Assembly: GCA_033762735.1 (NCBI GenBank)
Contig: JANRLJ010000084.1
Location: 61,158-93,157 of the forward strand
Direction: 5' to 3'
DNA from: a bacterium
Lineage (GTDB): Bacteria > Chloroflexota > Anaerolineae > Aggregatilineales > Phototrophicaceae
Length of the DNA: 32,000 nucleotides
This document shows positions 18,395 through 27,811 of this stretch, piece after piece. Under the pieces are notes generated by a model. It had not been told where the DNA came from. It searched no databases and saw nothing but the letters and a program-made list of their open reading frames with translations. The stretch's first letter is position 1. Each line of letters opens with the position of its first letter. A program made the translations under genes and the position numbers.

Positions 18395-18964
18395 TTAGAA
18401 TTCGTTGACCGCTTCAATCGCCGGGGGCGTGGTGCGGGCGAAGGTCAGAACCGCGCCCGTCGGGGGTTTCACTTCCAGCGTGAATTCGGTGTTCGGGCCG
18501 AGGTTGGCAGCGGCCAGCGGCACGGTGATTTCCACCAGTTCGCCTTCTTCCAGCAGATCGTCAGCATCCGCCGTGCCAGCAGCGCCATCGACATCCACGA
18601 TCCAGGTCGCAGTCCAGTTCAGCCCCGTCAGAATTTGCGTGTTGTCGCGATAGTCGATCACCACCACACGGTTGGCATCATTCATGTTGACCGGTTCGCC
18701 ACCTGCGACGAGCTGCAGCGAGAAGCGCACGTTGGTCACTTCGTTGGTCGCACCTTCGGCGAGGATGGAACCCTTGACCTGCATCGAGGACTGAACGCCT
18801 TCCAGACCAGCAGCAATCGCCTGTTCGCCGCGTTCCGTAGAGGCTGTACCAGCAGACAGGATGGTGAAGGCGAAGACCGACGCGACGACGACGAAAGCGA
18901 TGAGGATGATGGCGGTTTCCAGGGCAGTCTGACCACGCTGTTCTTTGTTGAAGTTGTTGAACAT
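18395..18964 (-). CDS. arlB: Archaellin (archaeal flagellin) ArlB with a class III signal peptide
   Basis: I prefer ATG 18964 (track start 19066). N-terminus [39 protein letters not shown] has a short basic leader ending in RG, followed by the hydrophobic helix. The body has archaellin-like features: [16 protein letters not shown]...[29 protein letters not shown]. Confidence 0.85.
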   Translation of the reverse strand: MFNNFNKEQRGQTALETAIILIAFVVVASVFAFTILSAGTASTERGEQAIAAGLEGVQSSMQVKGSILAEGATNEVTNVRFSLQLVAGGEPVNMNDANRVVVIDYRDNTQILTGLNWTATWIVDVDGAAGTADADDLLEEGELVEITVPLAAANLGPNTEFTLEVKPPTGAVLTFARTTPPAIEAVNEF

Positions 18965-19612
18965 GATGTTTGCTTTTCCTTTTGGTATGTTGTTTGGCTT
19001 CGGATGGTTGATTGGTCTTGTATTGCTCAAGGGCTTCGGATACTTATGCTTATCAGACGTACTCAATGGTGCTAGGTCAAGTTGGTTGGCTCTATGCGAA
19101 GTCGTCTGTGTACTCCCTTCTTCATCGTGCAGTTTCCATGGAGAAATACCCGGCGGACAACGTTGTCAACCAGCAGTGACCGGGCTTCCCATGAAGGCGT
19201 TCGTTGGTGAGGAGAATTTCAAAGTATGTGGCAGAACTACGCAGGTCTAACGGTGATTCGGCTGGGCTGCGATGTAGAGTTCGTTGTGCCTGGTACTTGA
19301 ATACTGCTCTCCGTCATTGATTTCATCCTATTGCCAGAATTGAGATGTGTCAATAGAGCAACAATTAATTTTTCCGTCGTTAATTGTTTTTTCAGAAATT
19401 AGTCATCGACTTTTCCGACAAATGTCACATTCCTGCTTTAATTTGATGATTCTTTCTTGATAAAGGGCGAAAAATTGAGAAATTGTGTTCCTTAAATTCA
19501 ATAATTGACGGCTGCGGATGGCATTTTTACGCATGTATCACAATTCTAACGCACCAGATTCAAGCAGACAAAGCATTAAGGTTTTCTATTAGTTTCTTCA
19601 ATTGAAGGCCAT

Positions 19613-19641
19613 TTGCTTTTTGGCTCGATGCTCCCTATACT
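19613..19641 (+). promoter_or_regulatory. Candidate sigma70-type promoter for the glycosyltransferase gene
   Basis: TTGCTT (19613-19618), a 17-nt spacer, then TATACT (19636-19641), 40 nt upstream of ATG 19682. Confidence 0.35.
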
Positions 19642-19681
19642 GCGTTCAATCAGCAATGCATAGTATTAAGAAAAGATAACG

Positions 19682-20881
19682 ATGCGGATACTTTTATCGT
19701 TTATGGGCGGCAGCGGGCATTTTCTGCCGCTGGTTTCGATTGCCCATGCAGCACAGGACACCGGACATGAAGTAGCCTTTGTCAGTGGTGGGTCGATGCA
19801 ACCGACCGTCGAGACAATGGGCTTTTCGGTGGTGAATAACGCTGTTGAAAGGCCAGAAGCACAACCCCCTCAGCGCCTTTCCTTGCAAACGGTGAATGTA
19901 AAACGCGAGGAAGACGACCTGCGGGAGAAATTCGCCCGTCATGCTGCCCGTTCACGCGCCGCGGAAATGCTTGAGGTGTGTGCCAGATGGATGCCTGATG
20001 TCATCGTCTGCGATGAGGTCGATTTTGGCAGTATGATCGCCGGGGAAAAGCTCGGAATCCCTTATGCCAGCGTGGTCGTGATCGCATCGGGTTCGTTCAT
20101 TCGTCTGGAGGTGGTCGGTGAAGCGCTAAACGAGGTTCGAGCAGGATACCATCTTCCGCCCGATTCTGAGCTGAAGATGCTCTCGCGCGATCTCGTCCTG
20201 ACTCCTGTCCCACGCAGCTTTCGCGACCCGGCCTTTCCCCTGCCCCCGACCGCCCATCTCATCCGACCGGAGATGCCAGAGGCGCAACCATCAGCACTGT
20301 CGATCTCGTTTCCGGAGCCAGACCGCCCACTCGTCTATTTCACGCTGGGCACGATCTTCAATCTGGAGTCGGGCGATCTGTTCACCCGCGTTCTGGAAGG
20401 GCTGCGCGATCTGCCGATCAACGTTGTGATGACGGTCGGCCCGCACATCCAGCCAGCAGAATTCGGCGCACAGCCCGACCATATCCATATCGCACAGTAC
20501 ATCCCGCAGGCCAGCATCCTGCCACACTGTGCGGCGGTCATCTCGCACGGCGGTTCTGGCAGCGTGATCGCAGCGCTGGCGCATGGCCTGCCGATGGTGC
20601 TGCTGCCAATGGGGGCAGATCAGCCGCACAACGCCGCCCGGTGCGAAGCGCTTGGTGTCGCCCGTGTGCTGGATGTGGTGGCGGCAGCGCCAACCCTGAT
20701 TCGGGATGCGCTCAAGGCCGTCTTGAGTGAACCGTCCTACCGTGCCGCCGCCAAAGGCCTGCGCGATGAAATCGCCGCGATGCCGCATCCCTCATCCGCC
20801 GTGCCGCTGCTGGAACGTCTTGCGACAGACAAATCAGCGTTTCGTAGTATGAGACACACATGTCAAGTATACCGGACATGA
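19682..20881 (+). CDS. GT1-family (GT-B fold, MGT/UDP-glycosyltransferase-like) glycosyltransferase
   Basis: N-terminus MRILLSFMGGSGHFLPLVSIA. C-terminal nucleotide-sugar motif HGGSGSVIAALAHGLPMVLLPMGADQPHNA, typical of macrolide/sterol-type GT1 enzymes. Confidence 0.85.
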   Translation: MRILLSFMGGSGHFLPLVSIAHAAQDTGHEVAFVSGGSMQPTVETMGFSVVNNAVERPEAQPPQRLSLQTVNVKREEDDLREKFARHAARSRAAEMLEVCARWMPDVIVCDEVDFGSMIAGEKLGIPYASVVVIASGSFIRLEVVGEALNEVRAGYHLPPDSELKMLSRDLVLTPVPRSFRDPAFPLPPTAHLIRPEMPEAQPSALSISFPEPDRPLVYFTLGTIFNLESGDLFTRVLEGLRDLPINVVMTVGPHIQPAEFGAQPDHIHIAQYIPQASILPHCAAVISHGGSGSVIAALAHGLPMVLLPMGADQPHNAARCEALGVARVLDVVAAAPTLIRDALKAVLSEPSYRAAAKGLRDEIAAMPHPSSAVPLLERLATDKSAFRSMRHTCQVYRT

Positions 20882-20890
20882 AACGGCAAC

Positions 20891-20920
20891 AAAAAACCGC
20901 CAGCGGGTGTGCTGACGGTT
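20891..20920. repeat. Left copy of a perfect 30-bp direct repeat (terminator hairpin copy)
   Basis: aaaaaaccgccagcgggtgtgctgacggtt is identical base for base to 23047-23076. It contains the hairpin ccgccagc-gggtgt-gctgacgg. On the minus strand the hairpin is followed by T6. Confidence 0.9.
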
Positions 20921-20979
20921 CAATAAGCATTACAAGTTACTACGTTGCCCACCTTCAATGCTGCAACATATTTAAATTT

Positions 20980-21618
20980 CTAACGTATAAGAAGCTTGTT
21001 CTGCCTCCGTGCTTCACTTATCGCTGTTCGATTTGCTGTAAAAACTTTGATACCTCTAACTGTTACAAAATCAGAGTCATCAGTAATAATTGATGTTATT
21101 CCGCTTTGAAGCATAGCATCTGCCATAAGTAGATCATATACATCAAGTTGCGTTGATTTGATGAGGTTTAGAGAGTTGCCTATAGCTACATCTGTAACAA
21201 AAACTTCTAGTGACCGACTAGCATACTGTTCTATTTGCAGCCAAGCTAGTTCTATTTCTCCAACTACGTTTGCCCTCTCAGTTACATGGTTATGTCTAAA
21301 TTCTTTCATAGTTAGGTCTTGTGAAGATGACTTACGAAAAATATCATGTTCATTGCTTTCAATACGATTCCCTATTTCAGAAAGCGAAAGTCCACATTTA
21401 AAAATTTCAGCATTTACGCTTAGTGCTGATTTCACGTAATTTGGGTAGGTTGTCGTTTGATAAGGACGTGGAGCACGGCTACTGCTTCCCAAGTTTGACC
21501 TTGTATAAGTCATCCAATACCATACGTTTGAGTCGACAAGAAACTTATCACTATTATGAGGTGTATCTGTCCCTATATCAATTACATCAGCATTGACGAT
21601 AACAGATAAACCTGGCAT
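20980..21618 (-). CDS. PIN-like nuclease domain protein
   Basis: Acidic residues are spaced as in PIN domains: FLVDSNVW (Asp near residue 29), SLSEIGNRIE, VYDLLMADAML (Asp near residue 162) and SIITDDSDF (Asp near residue 180). Its start is 7 nt after the upstream stop. Confidence 0.55.
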   Translation of the reverse strand: MPGLSVIVNADVIDIGTDTPHNSDKFLVDSNVWYWMTYTRSNLGSSSRAPRPYQTTTYPNYVKSALSVNAEIFKCGLSLSEIGNRIESNEHDIFRKSSSQDLTMKEFRHNHVTERANVVGEIELAWLQIEQYASRSLEVFVTDVAIGNSLNLIKSTQLDVYDLLMADAMLQSGITSIITDDSDFVTVRGIKVFTANRTAISEARRQNKLLIR

Positions 21619-21625
21619 AAATCAA

Positions 21626-21988
21626 TCACTCCTGCGTTTCTTTAGCAAGCACTTCATCAATTGCTTGACTTACTTCATTATTGGAATAGTAAGCTTTAGC
21701 ATTTTCGATCACACGTCTGAGTACAGCAAGTCCAACTGGTGTCATCTTTGTTCGATCAACAATTAAATAGCGATTTAAATCATCAGCTGATATGTCTTTA
21801 AGTAATTGACCTATTGCTGCATTCATAAATGGAGACGCGAAAATACGCACTCCAGAGAAGTCCAACTCTACTGTATCTTTTACACTAATTTTTGGATAAA
21901 TTAAATTGTACAATTTCTGACCGTCATCAAGTGTAATGCAATTCTCACCGACGAGTTGGATCACATGTATGATAGTCTTTGGGGACAT
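21626..21988 (-). CDS. STAS-like domain protein (DUF4325-like)
   Basis: TVELDFSGVRIFASPFMNAAIGQLL matches the lDF.gV....ssF pattern I associate with DUF4325/STAS-like partners of GHKL ATPases. 120 aa. Confidence 0.6.
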   Translation of the reverse strand: MSPKTIIHVIQLVGENCITLDDGQKLYNLIYPKISVKDTVELDFSGVRIFASPFMNAAIGQLLKDISADDLNRYLIVDRTKMTPVGLAVLRRVIENAKAYYSNNEVSQAIDEVLAKETQE

Positions 21989-22012
21989 AATTTGGTTTCT
22001 CCCTAGAAAACA

Positions 22013-22918
22013 TTAGAATAGTGGGCTATCGTCTGATTGCTTTAAAACTTCCTCTAATGAGTAATGGTGTTGATCGCACTTTAGGGTCACTTGAATAACA
22101 GTTCCACCAAAAGTTTTTTGACGATCAATTATCTGTTCGCCAGACCGGTCTACTTTAATATATCCGTTTTCACTATATATTTCTAGCTTTCCGTTGTTCT
22201 GCTGGATAAATTGTTTCAACTGTTTCAAGCCAAGTCCTCTACTAATTACTCCCTTTTTAGTAGTGTTACCAGGTTGAAATGCCCACCTAAGAGCCTCAGA
22301 GGCTTTGATATTAGGTTTATTGAGGAACGTTCGAACATTGTGAGGTATACCAACGCCAAAATCTACTAAAGTGATATCCAAATCTCTATTGTTAGGGAAA
22401 TGTTGTCCACAACTAGTTACTCCAACAGGAGAGGAAGCATGGTCAAAAACATTTATGTATACCTCTAATATAGTCGAAACAATTACATCTTTAAGTAGAG
22501 GATCGAGATCGATTCGAAGTTCATTTAGCCACAGTTCTCTAAGATAAAACGCAAAGTCATTAGTATCTATAGTTGTATCGATTCTAAATGGAACAGCTGT
22601 ATCCTTTATTACTCGATTATTACTACCAATTTTAAAAGCATTTAGAAAACCATTTTTATCTATATGTTGCCGTACTTGGGAAGACATACCTTCAAGAAGA
22701 TAATAAACTTGGTTCCCTTTGTTTTGGGCTAACGTGGTCAAACCACCAATGAATGCAATTGCATTTTGTGCTAGAAAATGACAGTTATTAAAATCAAACA
22801 CTATATCATAAGAAGATGTACGAACTGTGTGAGACATATCAAAAAGTCGATCAAAGTCGTTTGGGTAGTCATTTAAACGACCGTGAACGGGAATTACTGT
22901 GTTTTGAGATGTATTCAT
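22013..22918 (-). CDS. RsbW/SpoIIAB-like GHKL (HATPase_c) ATPase/kinase with an N-terminal STAS-like region
   Basis: N box LEVYINVFDHAS, G1 box LVDFGVGIP and G2 box RGLGLKQLKQF. The N-terminal 100 aa or so (IVFDFNNCHFLAQNAIAFIGGLTTLAQNKGNQVYYLLEGMSSQVRQHIDKNGFLNAF) look STAS-like. I chose ATG 22918 because the track TTG at 22939 lies inside the predicted -10 box. Confidence 0.7.
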   Translation of the reverse strand: MNTSQNTVIPVHGRLNDYPNDFDRLFDMSHTVRTSSYDIVFDFNNCHFLAQNAIAFIGGLTTLAQNKGNQVYYLLEGMSSQVRQHIDKNGFLNAFKIGSNNRVIKDTAVPFRIDTTIDTNDFAFYLRELWLNELRIDLDPLLKDVIVSTILEVYINVFDHASSPVGVTSCGQHFPNNRDLDITLVDFGVGIPHNVRTFLNKPNIKASEALRWAFQPGNTTKKGVISRGLGLKQLKQFIQQNNGKLEIYSENGYIKVDRSGEQIIDRQKTFGGTVIQVTLKCDQHHYSLEEVLKQSDDSPLF

Positions 22919-22938
22919 TCGTTTTACCTTTCTCAACA

Positions 22939-22967
22939 ATTATAGAACTTATTTTCTAAAATTGCAA
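22939..22967 (-). promoter_or_regulatory. Near-consensus sigma70-type promoter of the islet operon
   Basis: Read on the minus strand: TTGCAA (22967-22962), a 17-nt spacer, then TATAAT (22944-22939). Next come gaaagg (SD) and ATG 22918. Confidence 0.55.
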
Positions 22968-23045
22968 GAACGAGTTACGTTTTTACTGATAAAAGTATAC
23001 ACAATTATGACTGCTGTAGACGAGTTAATCACTTAAAGATTGAAT

Positions 23046-23079
23046 AAAAAAACCGCCAGCGGGTGTGCTGACGGTTTTT
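23046..23079. terminator. Bidirectional intrinsic terminator (lon terminator); includes the right copy of the 30-bp repeat (23047-23076)
   Basis: A7, then hairpin ccgccagc-gggtgt-gctgacgg (7 of 8 pairs), then T5. It lies 26 nt downstream of the lon stop on the minus strand. Confidence 0.7.
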
Positions 23080-23104
23080 CGATTCAATCTGACTGATTCA
23101 GGCA

Positions 23105-25540
<2,436 letters not shown>

Positions 25541-25865
25541 TCAGTTGCTCCTCGTTACGGTAAAAGGGATACCACGTTTGACAGTGCTATCCCGCTTGAT
25601 TTCAAGGATAGTTCATGCCTGTAGGAACCATATCAGTTGAACGTCAGCGCGGTATTAGAAAAGCCCCGCCCGAACGGGTGGGTGTAAAAGAGGGAGCAAC
25701 AAGTGATGAGTAACGAGTCGAAAGTACCGAGTGGTGAGTGCTGAGTGTGTTGTATCTCTGAGTTCTCCGCGCCTCTGCGGTTCAAGCTTTTTCTTTTTCC
25801 CCTCAGTTGTCCGATTCGCAAATTTGTGCTACGGTGAAAGGGTTTAGCCTGCGAGGAAATGCCCG

Positions 25866-27734
25866 GTGCAGCTTGCCCTTTTCCCCGAAACGCATACTCC
25901 GGATTCCGATGCCCTTGAGCGCTGCCTGAAAGCAGAGGTTCTCGCCGTTGACGTGGAAACCGAGACGCGCTGGCCGGGGCATGGGCCGCGCCTGGATTAT
26001 GGCCTGAGCTACCCTGCCGCTGTGACCGTGATCGGGCTGGCGTGGCAGGACGCTGGGACGCTGCAATCCACCGCCCTCGCCGCGCCGTTCGATGCGTCGG
26101 CCTGCGATTTTCTGGTGAAGCTGTTTCAGAAAGTGTCCTGCCTGATCGCGCACAACGCCGTGTTTGATCTGCGCCAGCTCAGCCGCCTCACCAATGGGCT
26201 GATTCCCACCCACATCTGGGACACGCAGACGATGGCCCGGCTGCTCTCACCGCGCGTGGATGCCCGCTACAGCCTGATCGGGGTGGCGCAGATGCTCGGT
26301 CTGCCCATCCCAGAGCGCCAGCAGTCGCTTAAAGGGCAGCGCGGCAAGCTGCATCTGCTCCCGCTCGATCTGGTGGTGCAGTACGCGCAGGATGACGCGA
26401 AGCTGGCCTATGAGATTTATCTGCGACAGCGGCAGCTTCCGCACGATGCCGACCTGGTCGATTGGGAATGCCGCGCCGTCTACGAATACGCGCTGATGTC
26501 GGTGCGCGGGATGCGGCTGAATGCGTCCTTTGTCGAGCGTCGCCTGGAGGAACTCCGTCAGCAGCGGGCGGTGGTGGCCGAACGGCTGCGCAAGGACGGG
26601 CTGAAATCGCCGCGTAACGCCAAAGCACGGGCGCAGTATCTCTATCAGACCAAAGGGCTTCCGCTCCCCGAATGGCCGGGGCAGCGCCGCTTCTTCACCT
26701 GGGCAGGACGCAAGCGGCTGGGCGCGACTCCCGACTCGCCCGTGACCTTCGCCGACCTCAGCACCAATTCGTATGTCATCGAAACCTATCTTGAAGCAGA
26801 GAATGCTCATGCGCCCGCGCTGCGCGATCTCGCCGCCTTTCAGGAGGTCGATTGGCTGATCTCCACGCTGGAAGGCCTGCTGGAACATGCGGTCGTGGAT
26901 GGTCGTCTGCACAGCCTCATCACTATCGCGATTGAAACCGGGCGGCGCGCGTCCAGCAATCCCCACATGCAAAACTGGAAAATGCCGGAAATGGCCGGGG
27001 TCGCGGTCGGGGATGATGGCTTCACGCTGGTGGAGATCGACTTTCGCAATGCCGAAAACATCATGGCGGCGCTCATCAGCAGCGATAACAGTCTCGCGGC
27101 GGCCTGCGCTACACCGGATTTCCATAGCGCGATGGCCGCCGAGTATTTCGGTGAGGCCTGGGACGAAGCGGACGCGGAAACGCGCAAGCGGCTGCGCACA
27201 TGGTCGAAGAAGATCACCTACGGCACCAATTACGGCATGGGGGCGGATGCGCTGGGGCGAAGTCTGGGTGTGTCTCAGGACGAAGCGCGGCGCTGGATCC
27301 GTGCGAAAGACCGGGCGTTCCCGGCGGTGACTCGCGCCCGCGCCGCCGCTCAGCGCCAGGTGGAACAGACCCACTTGCTGCATCTGTGGACGGGGCGGCC
27401 TGTCGCGGTGCCAACGCCGTTTGTAGCCTGGAATTATCTGTGCCAGGGCGGCGTGAGCGAGGTCGTTAAGCGGGCGATTGTGGTCACGGCGGAGACCTAC
27501 CGCGAGCGGGGGATGCGCTCACGGGTGGCGCTGGATATGCACGACGCGCTGATTCTGGAAGTGGCGCACGACGAATGGGACGAGGCGATCAACCTTGCCA
27601 GCCAGATCATGAGCAGCGTTACCCCCGCCAGCCTGACCGAGCGCACCACGCCGCCCATCCGCTGGACAGCGCAGCCCAACCTGCGCGAGAATCAGCAAAA
27701 ATGGGGCGCGGAACAGTGGCACCCCGGCGGTTGA
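25866..27734 (+). CDS. Family-A DNA polymerase, Klenow-like (3'-5' exonuclease plus polymerase domains; no 5' nuclease domain)
   Basis: GTG start. Exo motifs are LAVDVETET, AHNAVFDLRQL and YAQDDAKLAYEIY. Polymerase motif A is VEIDFRNAENIMAA, motif B is RTWSKKITYGTNYGMG and motif C is LDMHDALILEV. Confidence 0.8.
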   Translation: MQLALFPETHTPDSDALERCLKAEVLAVDVETETRWPGHGPRLDYGLSYPAAVTVIGLAWQDAGTLQSTALAAPFDASACDFLVKLFQKVSCLIAHNAVFDLRQLSRLTNGLIPTHIWDTQTMARLLSPRVDARYSLIGVAQMLGLPIPERQQSLKGQRGKLHLLPLDLVVQYAQDDAKLAYEIYLRQRQLPHDADLVDWECRAVYEYALMSVRGMRLNASFVERRLEELRQQRAVVAERLRKDGLKSPRNAKARAQYLYQTKGLPLPEWPGQRRFFTWAGRKRLGATPDSPVTFADLSTNSYVIETYLEAENAHAPALRDLAAFQEVDWLISTLEGLLEHAVVDGRLHSLITIAIETGRRASSNPHMQNWKMPEMAGVAVGDDGFTLVEIDFRNAENIMAALISSDNSLAAACATPDFHSAMAAEYFGEAWDEADAETRKRLRTWSKKITYGTNYGMGADALGRSLGVSQDEARRWIRAKDRAFPAVTRARAAAQRQVEQTHLLHLWTGRPVAVPTPFVAWNYLCQGGVSEVVKRAIVVTAETYRERGMRSRVALDMHDALILEVAHDEWDEAINLASQIMSSVTPASLTERTTPPIRWTAQPNLRENQQKWGAEQWHPGG

Positions 27735-27811
27735 TCCGCTTGTAGCCGCTTGCCGCTTGGACTATCCTTAACCATAATCATCAACATCAAAACTGAAACT
27801 GGATTGTCATC

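Larger units (their letters stand above)
20921..23046. other. Low-GC islet, a probable horizontally acquired insertion, carrying a three-gene operon
   Basis: Hand-counted 60-nt lines give about 38-43% G+C here against about 65% in lon. The islet is bounded exactly by the 30-bp direct repeat. I see no integrase or transposase inside. Confidence 0.6.

Noticed and set aside
18945-19250. 101-aa plus-strand ORF in the region upstream of arlB.
   Set aside because: It overlaps the arlB start, has no RBS or motif, and its composition is unremarkable. I treat the region as noncoding regulatory sequence.
22919-22939. TTG start at 22939 for the GHKL ATPase, as given in the ORF track.
   Set aside because: That codon lies inside the predicted TATAAT -10 box. 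ATG 22918 has an SD (gaaagg) and sits at a sensible distance from the promoter.
20921-23046. Calling the low-GC islet an IS element, transposon or prophage remnant.
   Set aside because: There is no transposase, integrase or terminal inverted repeats, and the 30-bp flanking repeat is direct. Only the insertion signature is reported.
25541-25865. HrcA/CIRCE-type heat-shock operator upstream of lon, and the minus-strand ORFs 25633-25821 and 25803-26213.
   Set aside because: Only a half-site-like gagtgctga is present, with no inverted TTAGCACTC partner at 9-nt spacing. The ORFs lack motifs and span the divergent promoter region and the start of the polymerase gene.
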